64,000 bases of DNA, taken from the NCBI GenBank assembly GCA_965203175.1, contig OZ241867.1, forward strand, positions 5,152,001 to 5,216,000, in the 5' to 3' direction. Positions 28,519-37,217 of the stretch are shown piece by piece (the stretch's first letter is position 1; each line of letters starts with the position of its first letter). This DNA comes from Candidatus Latescibacterota bacterium (GTDB lineage: Bacteria; Latescibacterota; UBA2968; UBA8231). The notes under the pieces are model-generated. The model did no database searches. It was not told the origin of the DNA and worked only from the letters and a program-made list of their open reading frames with translations. The position numbers and the translations under genes are program-made.

Positions 28519-30789
28519 ATGATGCCAATTCGCTTAGCCCTACTCGCCCTCGCCGTTGCTATTTGGAGTTGTGGAGACGACGATTCTGCACCAACGGCGG
28601 CTGCCGTCGATTCGATGATCGCCACGGCCGATTCCATGCTGGTCGCCGCCAATACCATGCTGGCCACCGCGGATTCGATGATCACCGCAGCCAATACCAT
28701 GATCGCCACGGACGCGGATTCAACGATCGCCGCCGATGCCGATTCCATGCTGGCCGCTGCTAATGACATGATGGCCACCGCTAATTCAATGATCGCCGCC
28801 GCCAATGCAATGGTCGCCGCGGACGCGGATTCGACGATCGCCGCCGATGCGGCTGCCATGCTGGCCGCTGCTAATACCATGATCGCCGCCGCTGATTCTA
28901 TGCTGGCGGCTGCCGGTTCACTACTGGCTCCAGAAGCGGTTCTGCGGCCAACCGGACAGTTAAAGCCTTGGGATCTCTCCTCTATTGTCTCGGTTGACGA
29001 TATTCGCGCAATGCCTCCGGGCACGCCCGTATTCATGCGCACTGAATTTGTCAACGGCGAGCTGGCTGACCTCGAAATGAGGTTCGTCCAAGTGGTCGAT
29101 GATTTTCTCGCCCCGATGCCGGTCTATATGGTCGAAGCCTCCGATCCCATTTTGATACAGCTCGGAGGCATTGCTCAGGGGATGAGCGGTTCACCCATTT
29201 TTACGGAGCAGGGCACCTGGGGTGCCATTGCTTATGGATTTAGTGCCCAGGACAGCCCGCCTTATTACTTTTTTGCCACTCCCATAGAATGGGTCATCGG
29301 CACTCGGGGGCTCATGCCAGCGGCCAAATCCATGGCCACGTGGGAAGGGAACCGCATTACCCCTTTGGATATCCCCTTGCTGAGCACGGGACTCAATGGA
29401 GTGCATCCGCTGCCTGAAGGGCGTTCTTCCCTCCTGAGCGGGGCCAGCGCCGCTGGTCTAACCCAAGAGCGGCAGGAGAGCTTTGAGGCCGGTAGGCCAC
29501 TGGCGGTTGGATTGCTGCTCGGTGAGCTTACGCTAGGTGCGGTGGGAACCGTATCGTACGTCGATGGCAATCGGATATATGGCTTCGGGCATCCAATGAA
29601 CAGTTCTGGTCCGGTAGAACTTCCCATAATCGAAGCAAAGGTGCTCGGCGAAATTTCCAACTTGTCCGCCCCGTTCAAGTATACAACGCTGAACCCAACG
29701 GTGCGGGGTACCCTGACCGAAGACCGTTTGCCCGCGGTTCGCGGCGTGCTCGAACAGGAACCAGACTTAGTACCTATTAAGAGCGTCTATACGTTCCCCT
29801 CGGGGAGCGAACTCGAACTTAATCACAGCATGGCCGTCGGCATCAGCCCATATACCTCGCTCGATCTCGTCGCCAATGCATTCTTTTATCCCTTGTCCAT
29901 CCGGGTCGACAACGATCCGGAGCACAGCGTCCGCGTTACGACGGATATTTCTTTTGACGGCACCGATTCAACACTCACTCGTTCCCGGCTCTACTCCTCG
30001 CCAGGCGGCCGGCTCTTGGCTTCTATTTTTAGTGCCTCTGGCGACGTGTCATTCGCACTTGAAGAACTTACGACGAGGTTCGATTACGCCGTATATGTGC
30101 GCGAGGCCGAGGTGCAGGTCGAAGTGATTCCCGAGACCCGTTTTGCCACCGTGGCGAAGGTTACTACCGACTCGATTATCACTCTTGGGAGTACGCTGGA
30201 TATTACCACTCTACTGCGCGTAGGACGGACTGAGGACCGGGAAGTAGAGTTGGCCCTCAGCGTACCGGATACGCTATTCCCTGGCTTTTACCAACTCGAA
30301 GTGGGAGCCGCCGCAACATTAGGACCCGACGAGCTACTGTTCGGCCCACCATCGTTTGGCCCTCCAACCGAGGAATCGCTCGACGATGTTTTTGCCCGAC
30401 TGAATAAACCCGACGAGAATGTCCTTTTAAAAGCTCGCTTGGCATTTGTTGCGCCACCCCTTCCCCCACCGCCCCCTGAGCTTCCGCCCGAGCCTGAAGG
30501 TGGTGAAGGAGAAGGTGGTGCGGACGAACCCGACGGTGATGAAGGCGAAGACGGTGAAGGGGATGAAGGAAACGGTGATGAAGGGGAAGACGGCGACGGT
30601 GATGAAGGCGAACCCGAAGGCGGCTTTGATGGGCCTCCGCCTCCCGGAGCTTTTCCTCCCGGTCCTCCTCCCCCTCCTCCAGCGCCTATTTCTACGCAGG
30701 AAGATGTAGATTTATTGCTCCAAGGTATCCAATTCCTCGAGATAGAAGTAGTGGCAGGGGAAATAGTAGAAGAGGAAGTAGTAGAATAA
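28519..30789 (+). CDS. SpoIVB/peptidase S55 domain lipoprotein, paralogue A (Met/Ala heptad repeats; Pro/acidic-Gly insertion)
   Basis: Lipobox IWSC; GIAQGMSGSPI, GT.SYVDG.RIYGFGHPM. Confidence 0.82.
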   Translation: MMPIRLALLALAVAIWSCGDDDSAPTAAAVDSMIATADSMLVAANTMLATADSMITAANTMIATDADSTIAADADSMLAAANDMMATANSMIAAANAMVAADADSTIAADAAAMLAAANTMIAAADSMLAAAGSLLAPEAVLRPTGQLKPWDLSSIVSVDDIRAMPPGTPVFMRTEFVNGELADLEMRFVQVVDDFLAPMPVYMVEASDPILIQLGGIAQGMSGSPIFTEQGTWGAIAYGFSAQDSPPYYFFATPIEWVIGTRGLMPAAKSMATWEGNRITPLDIPLLSTGLNGVHPLPEGRSSLLSGASAAGLTQERQESFEAGRPLAVGLLLGELTLGAVGTVSYVDGNRIYGFGHPMNSSGPVELPIIEAKVLGEISNLSAPFKYTTLNPTVRGTLTEDRLPAVRGVLEQEPDLVPIKSVYTFPSGSELELNHSMAVGISPYTSLDLVANAFFYPLSIRVDNDPEHSVRVTTDISFDGTDSTLTRSRLYSSPGGRLLASIFSASGDVSFALEELTTRFDYAVYVREAEVQVEVIPETRFATVAKVTTDSIITLGSTLDITTLLRVGRTEDREVELALSVPDTLFPGFYQLEVGAAATLGPDELLFGPPSFGPPTEESLDDVFARLNKPDENVLLKARLAFVAPPLPPPPPELPPEPEGGEGEGGADEPDGDEGEDGEGDEGNGDEGEDGDGDEGEPEGGFDGPPPPGAFPPGPPPPPPAPISTQEDVDLLLQGIQFLEIEVVAGEIVEEEVVE

Positions 30790-30852
30790 TAGTCTTCTAC
30801 ACCCTTTAAAACGCGGGAATTTAGCCGCTTCTCAATTTCCGCTATACGTTGT

Positions 30853-30895
30853 GGAGCCTTTATCTGCATTAATCCCTTTTGCAGATAAAGGCTCC
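30853..30895. terminator. 16-bp perfect inverted repeat, probable terminator
   Basis: GGAGCCTTTATCTGCA / TGCAGATAAAGGCTCC. Confidence 0.75.
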
Positions 30896-30896
30896 T

Positions 30897-30950
30897 CTTC
30901 TAATAATCCGCCACCGACCCACATCTCCCGCAGCCGATTATCCAGCCACT
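30897..30950. repeat. Degenerate copy of 33076-33125 (3' end of the enolase-family gene)
   Basis: cttctaataatccgccac.gaccca[catc]tcccgcagccgatt.tcc.gccact occurs at both sites. Confidence 0.85.
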
Positions 30951-31078
30951 GGTGGAACCTACCACTCGACTGCGACGTCAACTAAGCAGCCCAAACAGGA
31001 TAGGATTCGGCCGACCATCCCTTGATGGAACGGGATAAAATTGAACTGAGTACACTCTAAACGTAAGAGGCACGTATC

Positions 31079-33082
31079 ATGACGATCCGCTTAGCTCTAT
31101 TCGCCCTCGCCGTTGGTCTGTGGAGTTGTGGAGACAACAATTCTGCACCAACGGCTGCTGTCGTCGATCCGATGATCGCCACGGCCGATTCCATGCTGGT
31201 CGTCTCCAATACCATGCTGGCCACCGCCAATACCATGATCGCCGCAGACGCAGATCCGACCATAGCCGCCGATGCTGCTTCCATGCTAGCCGCCGCTGAT
31301 TCTATGCTGGTCGCTGCCGGTTCACTACTGGCTCCAGCAGCGGTTCTGCGGCCAACCGGACAGTTAAAGCCTTGGGATCTTTCACCCATTGTCTCGGTTG
31401 ACGAGGTTCGTGCCATGCCCGTGGGTACAACCGTATTCATGCGCACTGAATTTGCCCACGGTGAACTGGCCGATCTAGAAATGACGTTCGTCCAAGTGGT
31501 CGATGACTTTCTGGCACCCATGCCGGTCTATATGGTCGAATCCTCCGATCCCGTTTTGATCCAGCTCGGGGGCATTGCTCAGGGCATGAGCGGTTCGCCC
31601 ATTTTTACGGAGCAGGGCACTTGGGGTGCTATTGCTTATGGATTTAGCGCCCAAGACAACCCGCCCTACTACTTTTTTGCCACTCCCATAGAATGGGTCA
31701 TCGGCACTCGGGGAATGATGCCAGCGGCCAAACGCACAGCCACGTGGGAAGGAAACCGCATTATCCCCTTGGACACCCCCTTGCTGAGCACGGGACTCAA
31801 TGCAGTGCATCCGCTGCCTGAAAGGCGTTCTTCCCTCCTGAGCAAAGCCAGCGCCGCAGGTTTGACTCAAGAGCGCCAAGAGAGCTTTGAGGCCGGTAGG
31901 CCACTGGCGGTTGGGTTGCTGCTCGGCGAGCTTACGCTGGGTTCGTTGGGCACCATATCGTACGTCGATGGCAACCGGATATATGGGTTTGGGCATTCAA
32001 TGTCTGGTAGTGGTCCGGTAGCACTTCCCATAATCGAAGCAAAGGTCCTCGGCGAAATTTCCAATTTGTCCGCCCCGTTCAAGTTTGCAACGCTAAACCC
32101 AACGGTGCGGGGAATTCTAACCGAAGACCGTTTGCCCGCGGTGCGCGGCGTGCTCGGCGAGCAACCAAGATTAGTACCTATTAGGAGCGTCTATGCGTTT
32201 CCGTCAGGGAACAGAATCGAACTTATGCACCGAATGGCCAGTGTCGGCTCATATACCGCGAGCGATCTCATCTCCAATGCTTTTTTTGCTCCCTTGGCCA
32301 ATCGGGTTGACAACGATCCTAATTACAGTATCCGCGTTGCGACGGGCATTTCTTTTGCCGGCACCTATTCAGCAGCACTCACTCGTTCCCGGCTCTACTC
32401 CGCGCCAGGCGGCCAGCTCATGGCTTCCATTTCCGCTGCCTATGACGACGTGTCACTTGCACTCGAAGAACTTATGACGCGGTCCGATCACGCCGTATAT
32501 GTACGCAGGGCTGGGGTTCATGTCGAATTGATTCCCGAGACTCGTTTTGCCACCGTGACGCAGGTTGCGGCCGACGAGGTTATCAGTCTTGGGAGTACGC
32601 TGGATATTACTACTTCGCTGCGCGTGGGACGGTACCGCGACCAGCAAGTCGAGCTGTCCCTTAGCGTGCCGGATACCCTGCTCCCTGGCTTTTACCAACT
32701 CGAAGTAGGGTCTACCGCAGAATTAGGGCCCGATGCGCTGTCGTTCGGCCCACCGCCGGGCCCTCCTGAGGGTGAGGAAACGCTCGACGATATTTTTGCG
32801 CGTCTGAATAAACCCGACGAGAATATCCTCTTAAAAGCTCGCCTGTCGTTTGTCGCGCCACCTCGTCCCGAGCCGTCTGAGCTTGAGAGCAGCGAAGGGG
32901 AACCTGAAGGTGGTGAAGGCGAAGAGGGCGAATCCGCAGGCCACTTTGATGAACTGCCGCCGCCCATATCTCTTCGTCCTAGCCGTCCTCTCCCACCCCC
33001 AGCACCTATTTCTACGCAGGAAGACGTCGATTTAGTGCTCCAAGGTATTCAAACCTTTAATATAGAAGTAGTGGCCTTCTAA
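31079..33082 (+). CDS. SpoIVB/peptidase S55 domain lipoprotein, paralogue B
   Basis: Lipobox LWSC; GIAQGMSGSPI; core nearly identical to paralogue A with shorter repeats. Confidence 0.82.
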   Translation: MTIRLALFALAVGLWSCGDNNSAPTAAVVDPMIATADSMLVVSNTMLATANTMIAADADPTIAADAASMLAAADSMLVAAGSLLAPAAVLRPTGQLKPWDLSPIVSVDEVRAMPVGTTVFMRTEFAHGELADLEMTFVQVVDDFLAPMPVYMVESSDPVLIQLGGIAQGMSGSPIFTEQGTWGAIAYGFSAQDNPPYYFFATPIEWVIGTRGMMPAAKRTATWEGNRIIPLDTPLLSTGLNAVHPLPERRSSLLSKASAAGLTQERQESFEAGRPLAVGLLLGELTLGSLGTISYVDGNRIYGFGHSMSGSGPVALPIIEAKVLGEISNLSAPFKFATLNPTVRGILTEDRLPAVRGVLGEQPRLVPIRSVYAFPSGNRIELMHRMASVGSYTASDLISNAFFAPLANRVDNDPNYSIRVATGISFAGTYSAALTRSRLYSAPGGQLMASISAAYDDVSLALEELMTRSDHAVYVRRAGVHVELIPETRFATVTQVAADEVISLGSTLDITTSLRVGRYRDQQVELSLSVPDTLLPGFYQLEVGSTAELGPDALSFGPPPGPPEGEETLDDIFARLNKPDENILLKARLSFVAPPRPEPSELESSEGEPEGGEGEEGESAGHFDELPPPISLRPSRPLPPPAPISTQEDVDLVLQGIQTFNIEVVAF

Positions 33083-34173
33083 TAATCCGCCACAGACCCA
33101 TCCCGCAGCCGATTGTCCGGCCACTTAAACTGCCGTTCGCGCTCCTGCCCCACGGCAATGGCCTTTTCCTCGTCAATCTCCACTCCCAACCCCGGCCCCT
33201 CCGGCAGCGACGCATATCCCTCCGCATCCAAGGTCCACGTCTTGTGCGCCACGCCTTCCGGCAACTGGTGCTCGTAGCCCTCGTGGATGAGGAAAAACGC
33301 CACTGAGGCCGCCACGTGTAAGCTCGCCGTCAGGCCCAGAAACGACATGGTGCAATGCGGGGCAATCGGCACGTGATGCGCCTCGCACAGCGCGGCGACC
33401 TTCTGCATCTGGCTGATACCGCCGCCGTGGCCGCAGTCGGGTTGCAGGATATCTACTACTTGGGCCTCCAAAATCTCGCGCACCTCCCAAATGGTGCGGT
33501 CGCGCTCGCCGGTCGCCAATGGCACGGGCACAGCCTCGCGCAGTTTGTGCATGGCCTCGATGTTGCCCGGCATCCACGCCTCTTCCAAAAAGAGCAAATC
33601 GTCTGGCTTGAGATAACCGGCAAACTGCTTGACCAGCGGCAGCGGCAACATGCTGTGCGCATCGAACATCACCGCCCCATCCGGCCCCACCTTGGCGCGC
33701 GCGTCGGCCACCCGCTGCACCAACTCCGCCACCTCGGCTGGCGTCCCCGCGTGATATTGCGCGCCCCCAGGGCCGACCTTGATCGCCTTGGGACTGGGAT
33801 ACATCCACACCTTGTCGCGGCAGGGGCCGCCCAACAGGCGATACACCGGCACCTGATAGAGCTTGCCAGCAATGTCCCACAGCGCCATGTCAATGGCCGA
33901 AATCACGTGCACCATCAGCCCGCCGCCGCGCAGATTGCGATGGGCGCGGAACATCCGCTGCCAGTGGTGCTCGATGCGCGTCGGGTTTTCGCCGACGACG
34001 AGCGAGCCCAGCGACTCGGCCAAGGCACAGGCGACCTTGGTCTCCATGTTGTTGATCTCACCCCAGCCGACCACCCCCATATTCGTCTCCACCTTCACGT
34101 AGCCCTTGGCCCCCACCGGAATGGCCGTCAGGCGCTCGACCCGAATAGCCGAGCCGCGATCTTCCACTGTCAT
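33079..34173 (-). CDS. Mandelate racemase/galactonate dehydratase-like enolase-superfamily enzyme
   Basis: SAIDMALWDIAGK..VPVY.LLGG, MFDAH, FLEE, ATGER, IAPH, PGLG. Confidence 0.9.
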   Translation of the reverse strand: MTVEDRGSAIRVERLTAIPVGAKGYVKVETNMGVVGWGEINNMETKVACALAESLGSLVVGENPTRIEHHWQRMFRAHRNLRGGGLMVHVISAIDMALWDIAGKLYQVPVYRLLGGPCRDKVWMYPSPKAIKVGPGGAQYHAGTPAEVAELVQRVADARAKVGPDGAVMFDAHSMLPLPLVKQFAGYLKPDDLLFLEEAWMPGNIEAMHKLREAVPVPLATGERDRTIWEVREILEAQVVDILQPDCGHGGGISQMQKVAALCEAHHVPIAPHCTMSFLGLTASLHVAASVAFFLIHEGYEHQLPEGVAHKTWTLDAEGYASLPEGPGLGVEIDEEKAIAVGQERERQFKWPDNRLRDGSVADY

Positions 34174-34202
34174 GTGTTTCCTCCTAGTTTTAAGATTTGC
34201 CT

Positions 34203-34841
34203 CTAACGCCATTCTCCTTCGATTGCGACCCGTTCAACCTCCGCTGCCAGCCGCTGGAATGCGGCTAATCCGTACAGAATACTAAAATCGTCAATCATTT
34301 CAGCCACTCGATGGGCACTTGATCGCCAACTGAAACGCTCTAGGCGGCGCCCTTGAAGGCCGCTTGCCTGACGCAGGAGTTCGCTGATGCGTTGTTTGGG
34401 ATCGGCCAACTCTTCGAGTCTTTGCACATCCGGCATATCTAGCGGCTGAGTGCCATTTGGATTGCCTGCAGCCCTTCTTAACGCAGCTTCGTCGATGAGC
34501 AGCCAAGCCTCCTGCATCCGTACAGGCACCACGCAGACAACGCACACCGAATCTTCCACAGAGCTTTCCTCTATGGCCCTACGGATCTCTGCCTCACGCT
34601 CTTCGATTGAAGCACTCTCCGCGTCCCGATGCCCAAAGAGTAGATCGCAAGGATACAGTTCAACACTCCGGTTAATTCGTTCGGAAAGTTCCTTGGGAGG
34701 GCGTGGCAGGAGACGCAAATCGGCAAACTCTGCCTGGATGGGAATAGCCCCACAGCACTGGCGCAACAGCCAAGTGAGAATCGGTAGAAGAGCGCGGTCA
34801 GAAGATCCATCCGCCACCGGAGTATAGCGCAATCGCTGCAT
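34203..34841 (-). CDS. DUF4276-like / TOPRIM-like partner of the ABC ATPase
   Basis: VADGSSD and HRDAE acidic motifs, VVPVRMQEAWLL, DPK; directly downstream of the ATPase. Confidence 0.65.
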   Translation of the reverse strand: MQRLRYTPVADGSSDRALLPILTWLLRQCCGAIPIQAEFADLRLLPRPPKELSERINRSVELYPCDLLFGHRDAESASIEEREAEIRRAIEESSVEDSVCVVCVVPVRMQEAWLLIDEAALRRAAGNPNGTQPLDMPDVQRLEELADPKQRISELLRQASGLQGRRLERFSWRSSAHRVAEMIDDFSILYGLAAFQRLAAEVERVAIEGEWR

Positions 34842-34853
34842 CTGACGCCAGAT

Positions 34854-36305
34854 TTACCAAGAAGGAGACAGAAGGAGTTGCTGCATATCTTCCCTATCGA
34901 CTACCCGCTTCTTTCTTGCTGCCTCTGCGTACTTCTTAGGAATCACCGGATTCAGATAGGCAAGCAGATCACCGCGAACGGCGTCTTCGCTCACGTTGGC
35001 TCGCCAAGTATCGGACAAGCAGAGAAAATGGGCCTTTTTGCAGAGGCGTCCCTCTCTGTCTTTGGCTTCTTTTGCTTTTACGAATACAACACTCTCATCA
35101 GGGACTTGCTGAAATACTACAGGCGAGTGGGTATTGACAATCACTTGGCGCAAGGGATTATCCTCCCCAATAGGCTTTTGGGTATCCACCGCAATATCAC
35201 TGAGTAACTGCAGTATGGCCGGAATTCGCGCTGGATGAATGCCGTTTTCCGGCTCCTCCAAACAGAGTACTCCCTGCATCTGTGGGTCGATCTCTAAGAC
35301 GGCTAGCGCGAGGAAACGCAAGGTACCATCCGACAGGGCGCGTGCAGGGTGCTGGGTCCCCTCCCCGTTTTTTACATATAAAGTCAGTAGCTCCCGCTTC
35401 TCATCTCGTTCTATATCGATATCATTCACATCGTCAATAAGCTCGGCCAAGCGGTTGGCGATCTGGCTATATATGGCACCTCTTACTTGTTGCCCATCAT
35501 GGCGAGCCAAGCAATACAAGGTAGCCGCCAGATAGCGACCATCCGCTCCTAAATGGGTAGGAGAAACAAATTCATCGGGCCTTCTTAGTGCCGAAGGTTC
35601 CAATTGCAGCATCTGCCAGGATTCCATCTCTCGGCGAGCGACTAACACCGTAGGGCTTTCCGCCGCATTGGCTATGGAAAGCACCGTGCGCGGCAGGTTG
35701 TCGGCAGATCGGGGCAAAGGACGACCACTGCTGCCGCCATCCTGATGTAGTTTTATGACTCTGTTCTCGCCCTCATCGGCGGTTGAAATGAAGGGAGTAT
35801 GGCGCTTACCGCACACTGCGGATTTGCGCCAGTCCTTTGCACTGTGAGGAAATAAAAGATGTTGGGAGGCATCGCGTTGGGCGATGGGGACCAATTCTTC
35901 TTTGACAATAGCGAGAGCACCTCGCACTAAGCTATCGTCCGTCTCTCGGTAGGCAAGCTCTAGAGAATAACGCAAAGACGTAATACTGGCCTCAGCCTCC
36001 TGCCCTAAGTCATCGATGGCCCGACGGGGCACGATCATCTCTGCCTCAAAGGTTATGCGCTCGGCATAGTGGTCTCCCACTCGGTGGAAAAGGTCGCGCA
36101 CGGCGGCGGTGCGGCTGTCTTGGTCGCGCACGGCGGCGGCGGCCTCCATGAGCGTGTGATTGGCCAGTGCGCTCAGAAACCGAATCGCGTCGAACAGGTT
36201 CGACTTACCCACCCCATTCGGCCCAACCACACAGGTAAACGGACCGAGGTACAAATCCACATCCACCAAGTTTTTGAAGTTAGAGACTTTCAGTCGAGTT
36301 AACAT
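34854..36305 (-). CDS. ABC-type ATPase (AAA_21/AAA_15-like)
   Basis: Walker A GPNGVGKS, signature LSDGT, Walker B LEEPENGIHP, H-loop NTHSP. Confidence 0.88.
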   Translation of the reverse strand: MLTRLKVSNFKNLVDVDLYLGPFTCVVGPNGVGKSNLFDAIRFLSALANHTLMEAAAAVRDQDSRTAAVRDLFHRVGDHYAERITFEAEMIVPRRAIDDLGQEAEASITSLRYSLELAYRETDDSLVRGALAIVKEELVPIAQRDASQHLLFPHSAKDWRKSAVCGKRHTPFISTADEGENRVIKLHQDGGSSGRPLPRSADNLPRTVLSIANAAESPTVLVARREMESWQMLQLEPSALRRPDEFVSPTHLGADGRYLAATLYCLARHDGQQVRGAIYSQIANRLAELIDDVNDIDIERDEKRELLTLYVKNGEGTQHPARALSDGTLRFLALAVLEIDPQMQGVLCLEEPENGIHPARIPAILQLLSDIAVDTQKPIGEDNPLRQVIVNTHSPVVFQQVPDESVVFVKAKEAKDREGRLCKKAHFLCLSDTWRANVSEDAVRGDLLAYLNPVIPKKYAEAARKKRVVDREDMQQLLLSPSW

Positions 36306-36473
36306 AGGTCATCTCCTCATTGGGAGGGCTTCATCTCTTGGTTCGTCCACGCCCGCTCACTGTGCCAGATATCCAATAATAGGCAACCCCTTAAACCCCT
36401 GCTACTCGATTGGCCCTACCGACGCCTCGTTCTTAGCTTAAACAAATACCCGCACCTAAAGACAGGAGATATC

Positions 36474-37214
36474 ATGGTCGAAACTAACGACATTCAACGC
36501 CCCCCCAAAGACCTCATCGATGCCCTCGCCCCGATCTCCAGTGCGACCGCAGCCGGCGAACTGGCCCGCTTAGGCATCCGCGACCCCCACATCCAAGGCC
36601 CAGTTGCCCGCATCCCGGGCAAACACGTCGTCGGCCCAGCCCTGACCTTGCAGTTCATGCCCAAACGCGAGGACCAATACTCGGTCGATGAATACGCCGA
36701 CCCAGAAAAACAGCTCCACCGCCACGCCCTGTACCACACCCAACCCGGCGACATCATCGTCGTCGATGCGCGCGGCGACATGCACAGCGGAGTCTTCGGC
36801 GAAATGATGCTCACCTTCTTCATGGGGCGCGGCGGCATCGGCGCGGTCATCGACGGCTGCATCCGCGACTTCCCCCAGGTGCTCAAAGACCTCGACATCG
36901 GACTGTGGCTGCGCGGCACAACCCCCAACTTCCACACCCAGACCAACATCTTTCCCTTCGCGGTCAACGTGCCCATCGCCTGCGGCGACACCCTCGTCAT
37001 GCCCGGCGACATCATCGTCGCCGACGACGACGGTGCCACCGTCGTCCCAGCCCAACTCGCCCCCGAACTAACCGAAAAGGCCCAAGCCCACGCCGAGTGG
37101 GAGGACTTCAGCCGCATGAAGCTGGCCGAGGGCGGACACCTGCGCAAGTACTATCCACTCAGCGAAGAAGCCCGCGCCGAATACGAAGCCTGGCGCGCCG
37201 AACAGGGACAATAG
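36474..37214 (+). CDS. RraA family / HMG aldolase-like protein
   Basis: VGPALT, GDIIVVDA, GVFGE, GAVIDGCIRD, PGDIIVADDDG. Confidence 0.88.
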   Translation: MVETNDIQRPPKDLIDALAPISSATAAGELARLGIRDPHIQGPVARIPGKHVVGPALTLQFMPKREDQYSVDEYADPEKQLHRHALYHTQPGDIIVVDARGDMHSGVFGEMMLTFFMGRGGIGAVIDGCIRDFPQVLKDLDIGLWLRGTTPNFHTQTNIFPFAVNVPIACGDTLVMPGDIIVADDDGATVVPAQLAPELTEKAQAHAEWEDFSRMKLAEGGHLRKYYPLSEEARAEYEAWRAEQGQ

Positions 37215-37217
37215 CCC

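Noticed and set aside
28609-28915. Antifreeze or ice-nucleation protein interpretation of the Ala-rich repeat
   Set aside because: Periodicity is 7 with Met, not the 11-residue Thr spacing of type I antifreeze proteins or the 8/16-residue ice-nucleation repeat
13440-33082. Diversity-generating retroelement (template/variable repeat) explanation for the paralogue pairs
   Set aside because: Differences involve all bases across whole genes rather than adenines only, and no reverse transcriptase is present
36092-36139. 18-bp direct repeat GGTCGCGCACGGCGGCGG in the ATPase gene
   Set aside because: In frame (AAVRD twice) with only two copies; likely a local duplication with no evident function
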